Shown here piece after piece: positions 26,665-36,198 of a DNA stretch of 64,000 nt (its first letter is position 1; each line of letters opens with the position of its first letter). Under the pieces are notes generated by a model. It worked only from the letters and a program-made list of their open reading frames with translations, was not told where the DNA came from and did not search any database. Source of the DNA: Candidatus Poribacteria bacterium (GTDB lineage Bacteria > Poribacteria > WGA-4E > WGA-3G); contig OZ251518.1 in the NCBI GenBank assembly GCA_965242965.1, positions 1,408,001 through 1,472,000 on the forward strand, in the 5' to 3' direction. The position numbers and the translations under genes are program-made.

Positions 26665-27210
26665 ATGAAACGCAAAACACTTTGCATCCTCATCGCGCTG
26701 GCGGTCCTCAGCCTCAGCGCACTCCTCATCGGAGATCCGCCGTGGCTCATCGGAGATGAGCCGTGGCAGGAGATCGCCGATTTTAACATCACTTTTAACA
26801 GAGTGCCCATTTCCGTGCTGCTCTATCGACCGGGACACGAACTCGCTTTTGAGGCCATGGACATCCAAGAACTACTGAAGTACTCGGACATCTATGACGG
26901 ACAGTTCGTCCGCTTCACCGGCACCGTCAATTTTGACTTTACAGATTCCCACGACAAACAGCGTCGGCGGATAGAGTTGTCAAGTTACCCATCGGTGAGT
27001 TACTCATTGGCAGGTTACCCAACTGTTAACGTGTATCCGCTCGATTTACCGAATCCCCCCAAAACCTACGAACGCGGACAAAAATACGAATTCACCGGGT
27101 TCCTCGTGCGATACGAAGAACACAGGAAGAATCAGCCGCGCGGCGAAACGAAACTCCGCGTCTACGCCTTTGACATTCGGCCCCTCGACGAAAAGGAGAA
27201 CAAGAAATGA
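26665..27210 (+). CDS. Membrane-anchored or secreted hypothetical protein (OB-fold-like), paralog 2
   Basis: Same motifs as the previous gene; ATGA overlap with the next gene. Confidence 0.8.
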   Translation: MKRKTLCILIALAVLSLSALLIGDPPWLIGDEPWQEIADFNITFNRVPISVLLYRPGHELAFEAMDIQELLKYSDIYDGQFVRFTGTVNFDFTDSHDKQRRRIELSSYPSVSYSLAGYPTVNVYPLDLPNPPKTYERGQKYEFTGFLVRYEEHRKNQPRGETKLRVYAFDIRPLDEKENKK

Positions 27211-28085
27211 AAATCCAATTCACCCGGCTCTTGTTAGCCCCGCTCCTCGTCAGCCTGCTCTTTGCGCAACCACTGCTGAGTCTCGAGCCACCACTTGTTG
27301 AAGGCATGCGGCTCATTCCACCTGGCACATTCCAAATGGGCAGCGACGATGAGGACGCGGACGATGACGAACAGCCCGTGCATACTGTCTACTTGGACGC
27401 ATTCTTCATGGACATATACGAAGTCACGAACGCACAGTTCAAGACGTTCGTCGACGCAAATCCGCAGTGGTCAAAAGACAACATTGCGGACAAGTTCCAC
27501 GATGGCCGTTACCTCGCTCACTGGACTGGCACTGACTATCCCCCCGGAAAAGCAGAACATCCGGTGACTTTTGTGAGTTGGTACGCAGCGATGGCGTATG
27601 CAGAATGGGCCGGCAAACGACTCCCGACAGAAGCAGAATGGGAATACGCCGCACGCGGCGGACTCGACGGAAAGAAGTATCCCTGGGGCAACACGATTTC
27701 CCCCAACGATGCAAACTACGATAGGCATGTCGCTCATCCGACAGCCGTTGGGAATTATCCGCCGAACGGCTATGAGTTATACGACATGGCAGGCAATGTG
27801 TGGGAATGGTGTCTGGATAAATACGATGCCGATTTCTACCACGTCACCCTTAACAGTCGGAATCCGGTTTCTGTTTCGGGTGGGCAGCCGCTGGCGTGGC
27901 TGCTTGAAAACTTCAAGCAGCTTCAGGGAGACCGCGTGTTGCGCGGCGGCTCGTGGAACAACTTCGCGCAGTTCATGCGTGTCGCTAATCGCAACGGGTT
28001 TACACCCACGAACACGATCGACCGCGTCGGTTTTCGTTGCGTGATGGATGCAGTGCTGTTGGAAAACGGTGTTTTAGGTCCGTAG
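27207..28085 (+). CDS. Secreted FGE-sulfatase (CLec-fold) domain protein
   Basis: Signal peptide and full FGE motifs; the stop codon is supplied by the downstream repeat. Confidence 0.9.
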   Translation: MKIQFTRLLLAPLLVSLLFAQPLLSLEPPLVEGMRLIPPGTFQMGSDDEDADDDEQPVHTVYLDAFFMDIYEVTNAQFKTFVDANPQWSKDNIADKFHDGRYLAHWTGTDYPPGKAEHPVTFVSWYAAMAYAEWAGKRLPTEAEWEYAARGGLDGKKYPWGNTISPNDANYDRHVAHPTAVGNYPPNGYELYDMAGNVWEWCLDKYDADFYHVTLNSRNPVSVSGGQPLAWLLENFKQLQGDRVLRGGSWNNFAQFMRVANRNGFTPTNTIDRVGFRCVMDAVLLENGVLGP

Positions 28086-28400
28086 GACCTTAATGTCTAT
28101 AGCACCGTCGGTACGCATCAAACCGAGGTCCTTTAGGTCCTCAATTCTTCACGGAGTGTCGGCTAGGCATTGCGGGAAACAAGTTATTCTCACATCGGGC
28201 TGCAAAGTATCTTCCGGACATTAAGGTCCTAACGGGCCTTGAAAATGGTGACAGGCACGTTTTTCTATAGACATGTAGGACCTAAAGGACCTAAAGAAAC
28301 GGTTGAGCCAAATACCTCATCATCCTGAAAATCTTGTGAATCTTGCAAATCCTGCTTCAGACACCTGAGCGATCGCGGGGGACAGGCCCCCGCGCTACGG
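28076..28400. repeat. Four-hairpin element, AATCyTG repeat tract and C-type REP
   Basis: AGGTCCGTAGGACCTTAATGTCTATAG...CTATAGACATGTAGGACCTAAAGGACCT; ATCCTGAAAATCTTG...AATCCTGCTTCAGACA. Confidence 0.88.
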
Positions 28401-28449
28401 GACTAAGGCACCCTCGCGCTGCCTCGCTACGAAAAAAAGGAGAATCCAC

Positions 28450-29361
28450 ATGAACAACCGAACACGTCTTTTCTATTTCTTAACCCTAATCCTGTGCCTC
28501 GGGGCGACAGCGATGAACTATGGACAAGCCGTTGCCGAAGAACCCGCAATGGAGATTTCCGCACCCGACAGGATGGTGCTTATCCCCGCCGGGGAATTCC
28601 AGATGGGCAGCAACGACGATGAGGCAGACGCGGATGAACAGCCCGTGCATACCGTCCACATTGACGCCTTCTTCATGGATACCTACGAGGTGACAAACGC
28701 ACAATACAAGGCGTTCATCGACGCAAACCCGCAATGGCAAAAGGACAACATTGAGGACGAATTCCACCGGGGTTTTTACCTCTACTTCTGGGATGGCACT
28801 AACTACCCCGCCGGGAAAGCGAACTATCCGGTGACGCAGGTGAGTTGGTATGCCGCCATGGCGTATGCAGAATGGGCCGGCAAGCGGCTGCCAACGGAAG
28901 CCGAGTGGGAATATGCCGCCCGCGGTGGGCTTGCGGGACAAAAGTATCCCTGGGGCAATACCATTTCCCCCACTGATGCAAACTACGATGAGAGTGTCGG
29001 TGAGGCGACAGCCGTTGGACAGTCCGCGGCGAATGGGTATGGGTTATACGACATGGCGGGGAATGTGTGGGAATGGTGTCTAGATGAATATGATGCCGAT
29101 GTCTACGCTGCGTATCAGAATAGCCGGAATCCCCTCGCTGGTGGACAGACGCTGCAATGGCTTCTTGAGAACTTCACAAGTATCCATACCAGTAGCGCGC
29201 GGGTGTTGCGTGGCGGTTCGTGGCTCAGCGTCGCCCAGGTCTTGCGTGTCTCCAATCGCTTTCTGGAGGCTTCAGATGCAAACCATTACAAAACCTCTTC
29301 GCCTTTTCTTGACGGCAGTTTTGTGCGCCGTTTTGATGACAAGCTGCGGAGAAGACGATGA
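28450..29361 (+). CDS. Secreted FGE-sulfatase domain protein lacking the terminal GFRC strand (possibly truncated or a pseudogene)
   Basis: FGE motifs are intact to RVSNR, then the frame reads through the RBS and start of the next gene. Confidence 0.8.
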   Translation: MNNRTRLFYFLTLILCLGATAMNYGQAVAEEPAMEISAPDRMVLIPAGEFQMGSNDDEADADEQPVHTVHIDAFFMDTYEVTNAQYKAFIDANPQWQKDNIEDEFHRGFYLYFWDGTNYPAGKANYPVTQVSWYAAMAYAEWAGKRLPTEAEWEYAARGGLAGQKYPWGNTISPTDANYDESVGEATAVGQSAANGYGLYDMAGNVWEWCLDEYDADVYAAYQNSRNPLAGGQTLQWLLENFTSIHTSSARVLRGGSWLSVAQVLRVSNRFLEASDANHYKTSSPFLDGSFVRRFDDKLRRRR

Positions 29362-30409
29362 AAAAGAAATCGTTGAACCGGCGGTGTTCAAAAGCACATC
29401 ACCGCTTGAAGGTGCAGATATCGCCATTGACGAGATAATCACCGTTGAATTTGACAACTCGCCCGAGGGCGTGCGCGTCAGCATAGGACGTGCGATAACC
29501 GTCGACAACACGGTGAACATTCGGGGCGGCTTTGACTCGGGTCCCCTCTCCCTAGAAATCTCTTGGGAAAACGGCCCAGGCGGGGATGCAGCGAAAAAGA
29601 TGCTCTCCTACACCGTCATCGCACCGGATATCGAGTTGGAGGTGCTAATCCCCGCTGGCGAGTTCCAGATGGGCAGCAACAGCGACGATGAAGCAGAGCG
29701 AGATGAACAGCCTGTCCATACTGTCTACGTTGACGCGTTCTATATGGATGCTCACGAGGTGACGAACTTGGAGTACCGGCAGTTCCTATTAGAAAACCCA
29801 TCGTGGCAAAAAACGCGTATTGATGCAAACTTCCACGATGGCGCATACCTCAAAGATTGGGTAGGAAACGAGTTCCCAAGCGGCAAAGGTTACCATCCGG
29901 TAACCTACGTGAGTTGGTATGCCGCCATGGCGTATGCGCAATGGGCCGGGAAACGGCTGCCAACCGAGGCCGAGTGGGAATACGCCGCACGCGGCGGCCT
30001 AGTCGGAAAAAAGTATCCCTGGGGCGATACCTATGATGCCACTCAGGTGAACCACGGCGGATCCAGCACGACGGTTATCGGGAAGTATCCTGCCAACGGC
30101 GGGCTATACGACATGGCTGGGAATGTTGTGGAGTGGTGCCTAGATGGCTACCGTCAGAATTTCTATGCTCAATCGCCGCGTCTGAATCCACTGGCGGGTG
30201 AATACACGTTGGAAACGCTTCTGGAGAACTTCGTCAGAATTCCAAATGACCCCGAGGCTTTTCGCGTGGTGCGCGGGGGGACTTGGATCTTTGGTACAGA
30301 AGTCCGCCGCGTTTCGGAACGGTGGCTAGCTTCTGCTGGATACTCAGGGGACTATGAAAACAAAGGCGGCATTCTCGGTTTTCGGTGTGTGCGGCCTACG
30401 ACTAGGTAA
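29276..30409 (+). CDS. Lipoprotein with Ig-like domain and FGE-sulfatase domain
   Basis: GGAGG RBS, MQTITKPLRLF...MTSC lipobox, FGE motifs, GFRC. Confidence 0.88.
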   Translation: MQTITKPLRLFLTAVLCAVLMTSCGEDDEKEIVEPAVFKSTSPLEGADIAIDEIITVEFDNSPEGVRVSIGRAITVDNTVNIRGGFDSGPLSLEISWENGPGGDAAKKMLSYTVIAPDIELEVLIPAGEFQMGSNSDDEAERDEQPVHTVYVDAFYMDAHEVTNLEYRQFLLENPSWQKTRIDANFHDGAYLKDWVGNEFPSGKGYHPVTYVSWYAAMAYAQWAGKRLPTEAEWEYAARGGLVGKKYPWGDTYDATQVNHGGSSTTVIGKYPANGGLYDMAGNVVEWCLDGYRQNFYAQSPRLNPLAGEYTLETLLENFVRIPNDPEAFRVVRGGTWIFGTEVRRVSERWLASAGYSGDYENKGGILGFRCVRPTTR

Positions 30410-30665
30410 TCCCCTTCCACTTCCGGAGCCCAAGTTCGCCTGAGCCCGAATTTGCGTGTGTTCTCATGAAAATTGTGAAGTATGTCGCGGCAGAAAACAA
30501 CTGATTTTATCGGATAGACGCAAAACAATACCGTGCGGTACGGGGTGGAAACGGGCATGCAGGAAAGCCCGCAGCCGTAAACCAAGTCCACCGCACGCGT
30601 TCTCGATTTGATAGGTATCACTTCTAAATTATCTGAACGTTTTCATCTATAAACGGAGGAATCTC

Positions 30666-33422
30666 ATGAAAAGATTAACGGCCTACGCCGCTTCATTGAT
30701 TCTCTTTTTTCTCGCGTTTGCCCAATTTGTGCAGGCGCAAGGCATCGTTGTCACGCGCCCACCGAACATCCCACAAGTGGAGCCGCTTACGCTTGAACAC
30801 CACTATGTGAGTGTCTCAATCGACAACCAACTCGCCGTGACGAAGATCGACCAGGTTTTTGCAAACCCGAACGACTTGCAGCTGGAAGGCACCTATCTCT
30901 TCCCACTTGCCGATGATGTTGCCGTTTCAGACTTCGTGCTTTACATCGATGGCAAGCCCGTTACGGCGGCACTGCTTCAGAAGGACGAGGCGCGGGATGT
31001 CTACGAAGGCATCGTCCGTGCATCGCAAGATCCAGCACTGCTGGAATATGTCGGCCGCGGTGTATTTCAAGCACGGGTGTTTCCCATCCCGCCAAACGGG
31101 GAAAGACGCATCCAATTGGAATATGCACAGATTCTCAAAACCGATGCAGAACTCGCAAAGTATACTTACCCTTTGCGAACAGAAAAATTCACCCCGAATC
31201 CTGTCGGGAACGTTGCTGTCTCTTTGGAAATTGAGAGCCCGCATCCGCTCACAACCATCTACTCGCCCTCGCACAACGTCGCAATTCGCCGGGAGCACGC
31301 GAGGCACGCGAGTGTCAGTTATGAGGGTGCAAATGTCTCAGCACCCCGCGATTTCGTCTGTTACTATTCGGTTTCAGACAAAGATGTCAGCATGAGTCTC
31401 CTCACCCACCGCGGCACGCCGGACGCGGCTGGGTATTTCCTGCTCCTCATCTCGCCGAAATACGATGTGAAGAAAACCGACATCCTTGAAAAGGATTTCA
31501 TCTTCGTGCTGGACCGGTCGGGCAGCATGGAGGGTGAAAAGATTGAGCAGGCTAAGGCGGCACTCCGCTTCTGCATGCGTAATCTGAACGATGGAGACCG
31601 GTTTAACCTCATCTCGTTCCATACGGATGTTGAACCTTTCTCCGAGAAACTGGTTCCAGTAAAGGACAAACGTGAGGAGGCACTCGCGTTCATCAGCCAC
31701 ATTGATGCCCAGGGCGGTACCAACATCAACGATGCCCTTCTGACAGCCCTCGCAGCCGAGCCTGATGCAGCGCGGCCGCGTATTCTTGTTTTCTTGACAG
31801 ACGGTGAACCTACGTCCGGTGAAACGGAGCCGGTGCGCATCCTCAAAAACGTTTCGGATGCCAACCACAGACAGGGAAGACAGGCACGCATTTTTGTCTT
31901 CGGTGTAGGTGGCGATGTCAACGTTCAGCTGCTTGATAAAATCGCGGAACAAAATGGCGGCACACGTCAGTATGTTTCCCCACAGGAAAACCTTGAAATT
32001 GCTGTCACATCATTTTTTTCAAAAGTGAATGAGCCGGTGCTCGCCAATCTTGCACTAGATATGGGGCATATCCAGACAAAAAGTCTGTATCCCCGGCGGC
32101 TCCCAGATCTGTTTCGGGGTTCTCAATTAACGGTGCTTGGCCGGTTCGAGACTGCTGGTGACACGCTGCTGACATTGATAGGGGATATCGGCGGCGAAAA
32201 GCAGGAATTCTCCAACACCGGACAGTTTCCTGAGCATCAGTCCGAGCACGGGTTTCTGCCGCAGCTGTGGGCGCAACGCAAAGTGGCGTATCTCGTTGAT
32301 GAAGTCCGGCTGAACGGCGAAAACGAAGAACTCGTCAACGAAATTGTTCGCCTCAGCAAAAAATACGGGATTATGACTCCCTACACCTCATTTCTCGTTA
32401 CCGAAGAGGAGCAACATCTCCGTTTTGAGTTAGGCAAGCGTTTAGGCGCGCCGTCTCCCCAACGTTCATCCGCTTTACAAGAACTCAAACTGGGCACTAC
32501 AGAAACCGAGAGCGCGGTATCAGTGAAGCGGATCAAAAACAAGACCTTCCATCGCCGCGAAGGGGTCTGGACAGATAGCGAACACGACGAGGAAACGGAA
32601 ACAGAGAAGATTATCTTCGGCAGCGACGCGTATTTTGATCTGATTGCGACAGAATTGGAACTGAGCCATTATCTCGCAATTGGGAAGCAGGTTATTGTCT
32701 GTTATAAGGACACGTGCTACGAAATCCTGCCGATGGTGGAGTCACCTCCAACCACGCCTATGGAGAAAGCTGCGGGAACATACACGCTTGTCTCCATGGA
32801 TACGCACCTTGGTGGAGAATCTGTGACGCTCTTCCCGCCTGAAGTGAGCGGCACCATAACCTTGCAACCGGGCGGTGGTTCATGGCAGATTGACCTTACT
32901 CTGTTCGGAAAACCCATAGCGGAAAGCTCGGGCCCCTCTTGGGAGGTAGTCGATGACGCTGTTCATCTCTACCTCATTGACGGATCCGTCCGCATTCTCA
33001 ATTGGACAGATAACGAGTTGAGTGGGATAGCCGGGGAGTCTACCGATAATCCTCTCGCAATGGTCTGGAAGAAACAGCCAACAGTCGAACCACAGCCTAA
33101 GGCTATGGAGAAAGCTGCGGGAACATACACGCTTGTCTTTGTTAAGTTTGGCGAAGAATCTATGATGGCCTTCCCACCCGACGTGAGCGGTACCATGTCC
33201 TTGGAACCGGGCGGCGGTTCATGGCAGATGACCCTGGCTGTGTCCAGTGGAGAATCTATGGAGGGCTCAGGGCCTTCTTGGGAGGCAGTTGGTGACGCTG
33301 TTCACCTGCACGTCGTTGACTTGCCCAAACGCACGTTCAATTGGACAATTACAAACCATCTCCGAGGAGAGTTCGTAAGTCCCAACGGTCTTCCTATCAC
33401 AATGACTTGGAAGAAAGAATAG
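30666..33422 (+). CDS. Secreted VIT + vWA domain protein with a duplicated ~115-aa C-terminal beta domain
   Basis: VIT N-terminus, MIDAS DRSGS / GGT / LTDG, LWAQRK; two MEKAAGTYTLV...W repeats. Confidence 0.9.
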   Translation: MKRLTAYAASLILFFLAFAQFVQAQGIVVTRPPNIPQVEPLTLEHHYVSVSIDNQLAVTKIDQVFANPNDLQLEGTYLFPLADDVAVSDFVLYIDGKPVTAALLQKDEARDVYEGIVRASQDPALLEYVGRGVFQARVFPIPPNGERRIQLEYAQILKTDAELAKYTYPLRTEKFTPNPVGNVAVSLEIESPHPLTTIYSPSHNVAIRREHARHASVSYEGANVSAPRDFVCYYSVSDKDVSMSLLTHRGTPDAAGYFLLLISPKYDVKKTDILEKDFIFVLDRSGSMEGEKIEQAKAALRFCMRNLNDGDRFNLISFHTDVEPFSEKLVPVKDKREEALAFISHIDAQGGTNINDALLTALAAEPDAARPRILVFLTDGEPTSGETEPVRILKNVSDANHRQGRQARIFVFGVGGDVNVQLLDKIAEQNGGTRQYVSPQENLEIAVTSFFSKVNEPVLANLALDMGHIQTKSLYPRRLPDLFRGSQLTVLGRFETAGDTLLTLIGDIGGEKQEFSNTGQFPEHQSEHGFLPQLWAQRKVAYLVDEVRLNGENEELVNEIVRLSKKYGIMTPYTSFLVTEEEQHLRFELGKRLGAPSPQRSSALQELKLGTTETESAVSVKRIKNKTFHRREGVWTDSEHDEETETEKIIFGSDAYFDLIATELELSHYLAIGKQVIVCYKDTCYEILPMVESPPTTPMEKAAGTYTLVSMDTHLGGESVTLFPPEVSGTITLQPGGGSWQIDLTLFGKPIAESSGPSWEVVDDAVHLYLIDGSVRILNWTDNELSGIAGESTDNPLAMVWKKQPTVEPQPKAMEKAAGTYTLVFVKFGEESMMAFPPDVSGTMSLEPGGGSWQMTLAVSSGESMEGSGPSWEAVGDAVHLHVVDLPKRTFNWTITNHLRGEFVSPNGLPITMTWKKE

Positions 33423-33529
33423 CAACCCGGCCGGGAGAAGCAACACGCTTCTCCCGGCAACAACTAAAAACGAAATACTTTCTCACCAGCGCATGCATCC
33501 ATCCCTCATTATCGCAATCTGAATTAATA

Positions 33530-34230
33530 GCGGGTGTTTCATATCTCAATGGAACCTCCCGGTAGGAGAGACCTCCCAGTCTCGATGCAATAGGGCGGCG
33601 CGCCTCCCGGGGTCGCGGCGGCAGAAAGCATCCCTTCATCGTAGGGCGAGGGCCCTCGGATGCCACACGCGCAGGCGAGCGGGTTCCCCGCGCTTGCGTT
33701 CGCGCAAGCCAACCCGCGCGGAGGACAGGCCCCCGCGCTACAGGAGGGCGGCGGAAACCGCCCGGCGAAACGTAGGGCGAGGGACAGGCACTCGCTATGC
33801 CAATAATGAGAGATGTCTCCGGTCTTTAGGTCTGGAAGACCTTAATGTCTATAGTTCCTCGCAACGCGAAGACTCTTAAGGTCTGTAGGACCTTAATGTG
33901 CAGCCGCACCGCGTGGCTTACGGCCTATTTAAGTCCTAACGGAACTTGAAAACGGGCCGACATGTGTTTCTATAGACATGCAGGACCTAAAGGACCTAAA
34001 GAAGCGGGCCTTTGCAAAAACGGCCGCACCAATCACAACGGAGATAATCCTGAAAATCCTATAATCTTGAAAATCCTGCTTCAGACAACTAGAGGCATCG
34101 CGGGGGACAGGCCCCCGCGCTACGGGCCCTAAAAGCGTTCCTTCAAATCGTAGGGCTTGGGCCCTCGCATGCCACCCGCGCCTGCGAGCGGGTTTCCCTC
34201 GCCATCGTTCGCGCGACCCAACCCGCGCGA
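33530..34230. repeat. Mosaic REP array with an inverted end at the left edge
   Basis: GCGGGTGTTTCATAT at 33530; A, B, C, four-hairpin (33828-33997) and AATCCTG units. Confidence 0.9.
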
Positions 34231-34287
34231 AGCGAACACATTCGCTTTTTTCTATAAAAAAAGAGACAAATATGATATACTGATACC

Positions 34288-35010
34288 ATGATTGAAGTCC
34301 TCAATTACCCTCTCACTCAAATTCCCTCGGGTCCGTTTACGATGGGCACTCTCCCTACCGGATTACGCAAGACAGACCCGGAGGAACCGCAACGCAGCGT
34401 CACTCTCGATGCTTACGCCATCGGCACCTACCACGTCACGAACGCGCAATATGCGCAATTCGTTGAGGATACCGATTATCCCGCGCCGCTGTTTTGGGGA
34501 GACGAACGTTTCAACGGCGCAGCGTGTCCTGTCGTCGGCATCAGCTGGCACGATGCGGAGAACTTCTTGGAATGGCTTTGTGCAATCACGGGAGCGGCAT
34601 ATCGCTTGCCGACAGAAGCGGAGTGGGAAAAGGCGGCTCGCGGCACCGATGCCCGCGAATACCCATGGGGAAACGACTGGATTCTCGGAAAGGCAAATAC
34701 CTCAGAGGCGCGACTGAAACGTTTAACCCCGGTCGGCAGCTATCCGGAAGGGGTCAGTCCCTACGGTTGCCATGACATGGCAGGCAATGCATACTCTTGG
34801 TGCAGCGACTGGTTTCACGCGCAAACTTACCAATACTCTCCAAATGAAAATCCGCAGGGAGCGGTTGAAGGACGGAGGAAAGTTATCAGAGGCGGTTCGT
34901 GGGTGGCGCGCGGGAAATTTGCTGCGCGATGTGCAAACCGCGCCGCTTATGAACCCATCCGCGCCGTGCATAACGTGAGTTTCAGAATCGCAATAGACAA
35001 CCCAGGCTAA
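34288..35010 (+). CDS. Cytoplasmic FGE-sulfatase (SUMF1/EgtB/PvdO family) protein
   Basis: RLPTEAEWEKAARG, DMAGN, RGGSW; no signal peptide. Confidence 0.88.
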   Translation: MIEVLNYPLTQIPSGPFTMGTLPTGLRKTDPEEPQRSVTLDAYAIGTYHVTNAQYAQFVEDTDYPAPLFWGDERFNGAACPVVGISWHDAENFLEWLCAITGAAYRLPTEAEWEKAARGTDAREYPWGNDWILGKANTSEARLKRLTPVGSYPEGVSPYGCHDMAGNAYSWCSDWFHAQTYQYSPNENPQGAVEGRRKVIRGGSWVARGKFAARCANRAAYEPIRAVHNVSFRIAIDNPG

Positions 35011-35072
35011 AAGGTGCCGGTAGGAGGGACATCCTTGTCCCGATACTAGAACGCATCGCGCAGGACAAAAAT

Positions 35073-36194
35073 ATGAAGAAAAAAGACTACCCTCACTTCC
35101 AAACTGCGCTGTTGGAATGGTTCAAAACTTACCAGCGCGAAATGCCGTGGCGGAACACTCGCAACGCTTACTATATCTGGGTATCGGAGGTGATGCTACA
35201 GCAGACGCAGGTCAAGAAAGTGATGGAATACTATCAGAAATTCATTGATAGGTTTCCCACCGTTCAGCATCTGGCAGAAGCGGAACTGCAAACCGTGCTG
35301 AAACTCTGGGAAGGATTGGGCTACTATACGAGAGCCCGAAACCTCCACAAAGCGGCGAAAATTATCGTAGCAGAATTGGATGGAAAAATCCCGAACGACT
35401 ACGCCGATTTCAGGAAACTGCCGGGTGTCGGAGATTATAGTGCCGCCGCCGTGCAAAGCATCGCCTTTAACGCGCCGTATGCTGCCGTAGATGGGAACGT
35501 CAAACGCGTTCTGGCGCGCCTGTTTTACATGAAAAACCCCATCAACGATTCTGCCTCAACGAAGCAATTTCAGGAAAAGGCGGATGCACTGCTCGCGGCA
35601 GAGGCACCGGGAGATTTCAATCAAGCGATGATGGAATTGGGGGCAACAGTCTGCCGCCCACAATCTCCAACCTGCATTGTGTGTCCGGTGCATTCGTTCT
35701 GTCAAGCGTTCCAAACGGCGCGCCAAGACGAGGTGCCTGTCCGCCGGAAATCCAAACCGATACCGGAATATCATCTCGCTGTCGGCGTTATCCACAAAGT
35801 AGGCACCGCCGGAGTTTTGGCGGAATCATCGGCGGAGCCACAAGGCGAAATGTTGATAACGCAGCGGCCTTTAGACGGTTTGCTCGGGGGGCTTTGGGAA
35901 TTTCCGGGCGGAAGACTCGCCGAGGGAGAAACCGCCGAAGATGCCTGCCGCCGAAACATCGCTGAGACAGTCAACCTCTCCGTTGACAATCTGACATACC
36001 TCACCCGCGTACGGCACGCTTTCACCCACTTCAAAATTGTCGTTGATGTCTTCCAATGCGATTATCTAGCAGGTGAGGTTGCGTTGAACGGGCCGATAGA
36101 CGCAAAGTGGATTCGGTTTGAGGAAATTGAGGAATATCCGTTCCCGCGCTCAAATCATAAATTTATTCCGATGTTGAAGGAAAGAAACGGATGA
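35073..36194 (+). CDS. mutY: A/G-specific adenine DNA glycosylase
   Basis: WVSEVMLQQTQV, HhH LPGVGDY, VDGNVKRV, 4Fe-4S motif CRPQSPTCIVCPV..FC, C-terminal NUDIX-like domain. Confidence 0.96.
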   Translation: MKKKDYPHFQTALLEWFKTYQREMPWRNTRNAYYIWVSEVMLQQTQVKKVMEYYQKFIDRFPTVQHLAEAELQTVLKLWEGLGYYTRARNLHKAAKIIVAELDGKIPNDYADFRKLPGVGDYSAAAVQSIAFNAPYAAVDGNVKRVLARLFYMKNPINDSASTKQFQEKADALLAAEAPGDFNQAMMELGATVCRPQSPTCIVCPVHSFCQAFQTARQDEVPVRRKSKPIPEYHLAVGVIHKVGTAGVLAESSAEPQGEMLITQRPLDGLLGGLWEFPGGRLAEGETAEDACRRNIAETVNLSVDNLTYLTRVRHAFTHFKIVVDVFQCDYLAGEVALNGPIDAKWIRFEEIEEYPFPRSNHKFIPMLKERNG

Positions 36195-36198
36195 TGCC

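Noticed and set aside
34288-35010. Fifth FGE gene as a DGR target
   Set aside because: Divergent cytoplasmic subfamily; its C-terminal codons do not show the NNC/NNT pattern and no dedicated GC hairpin follows, only a REP.
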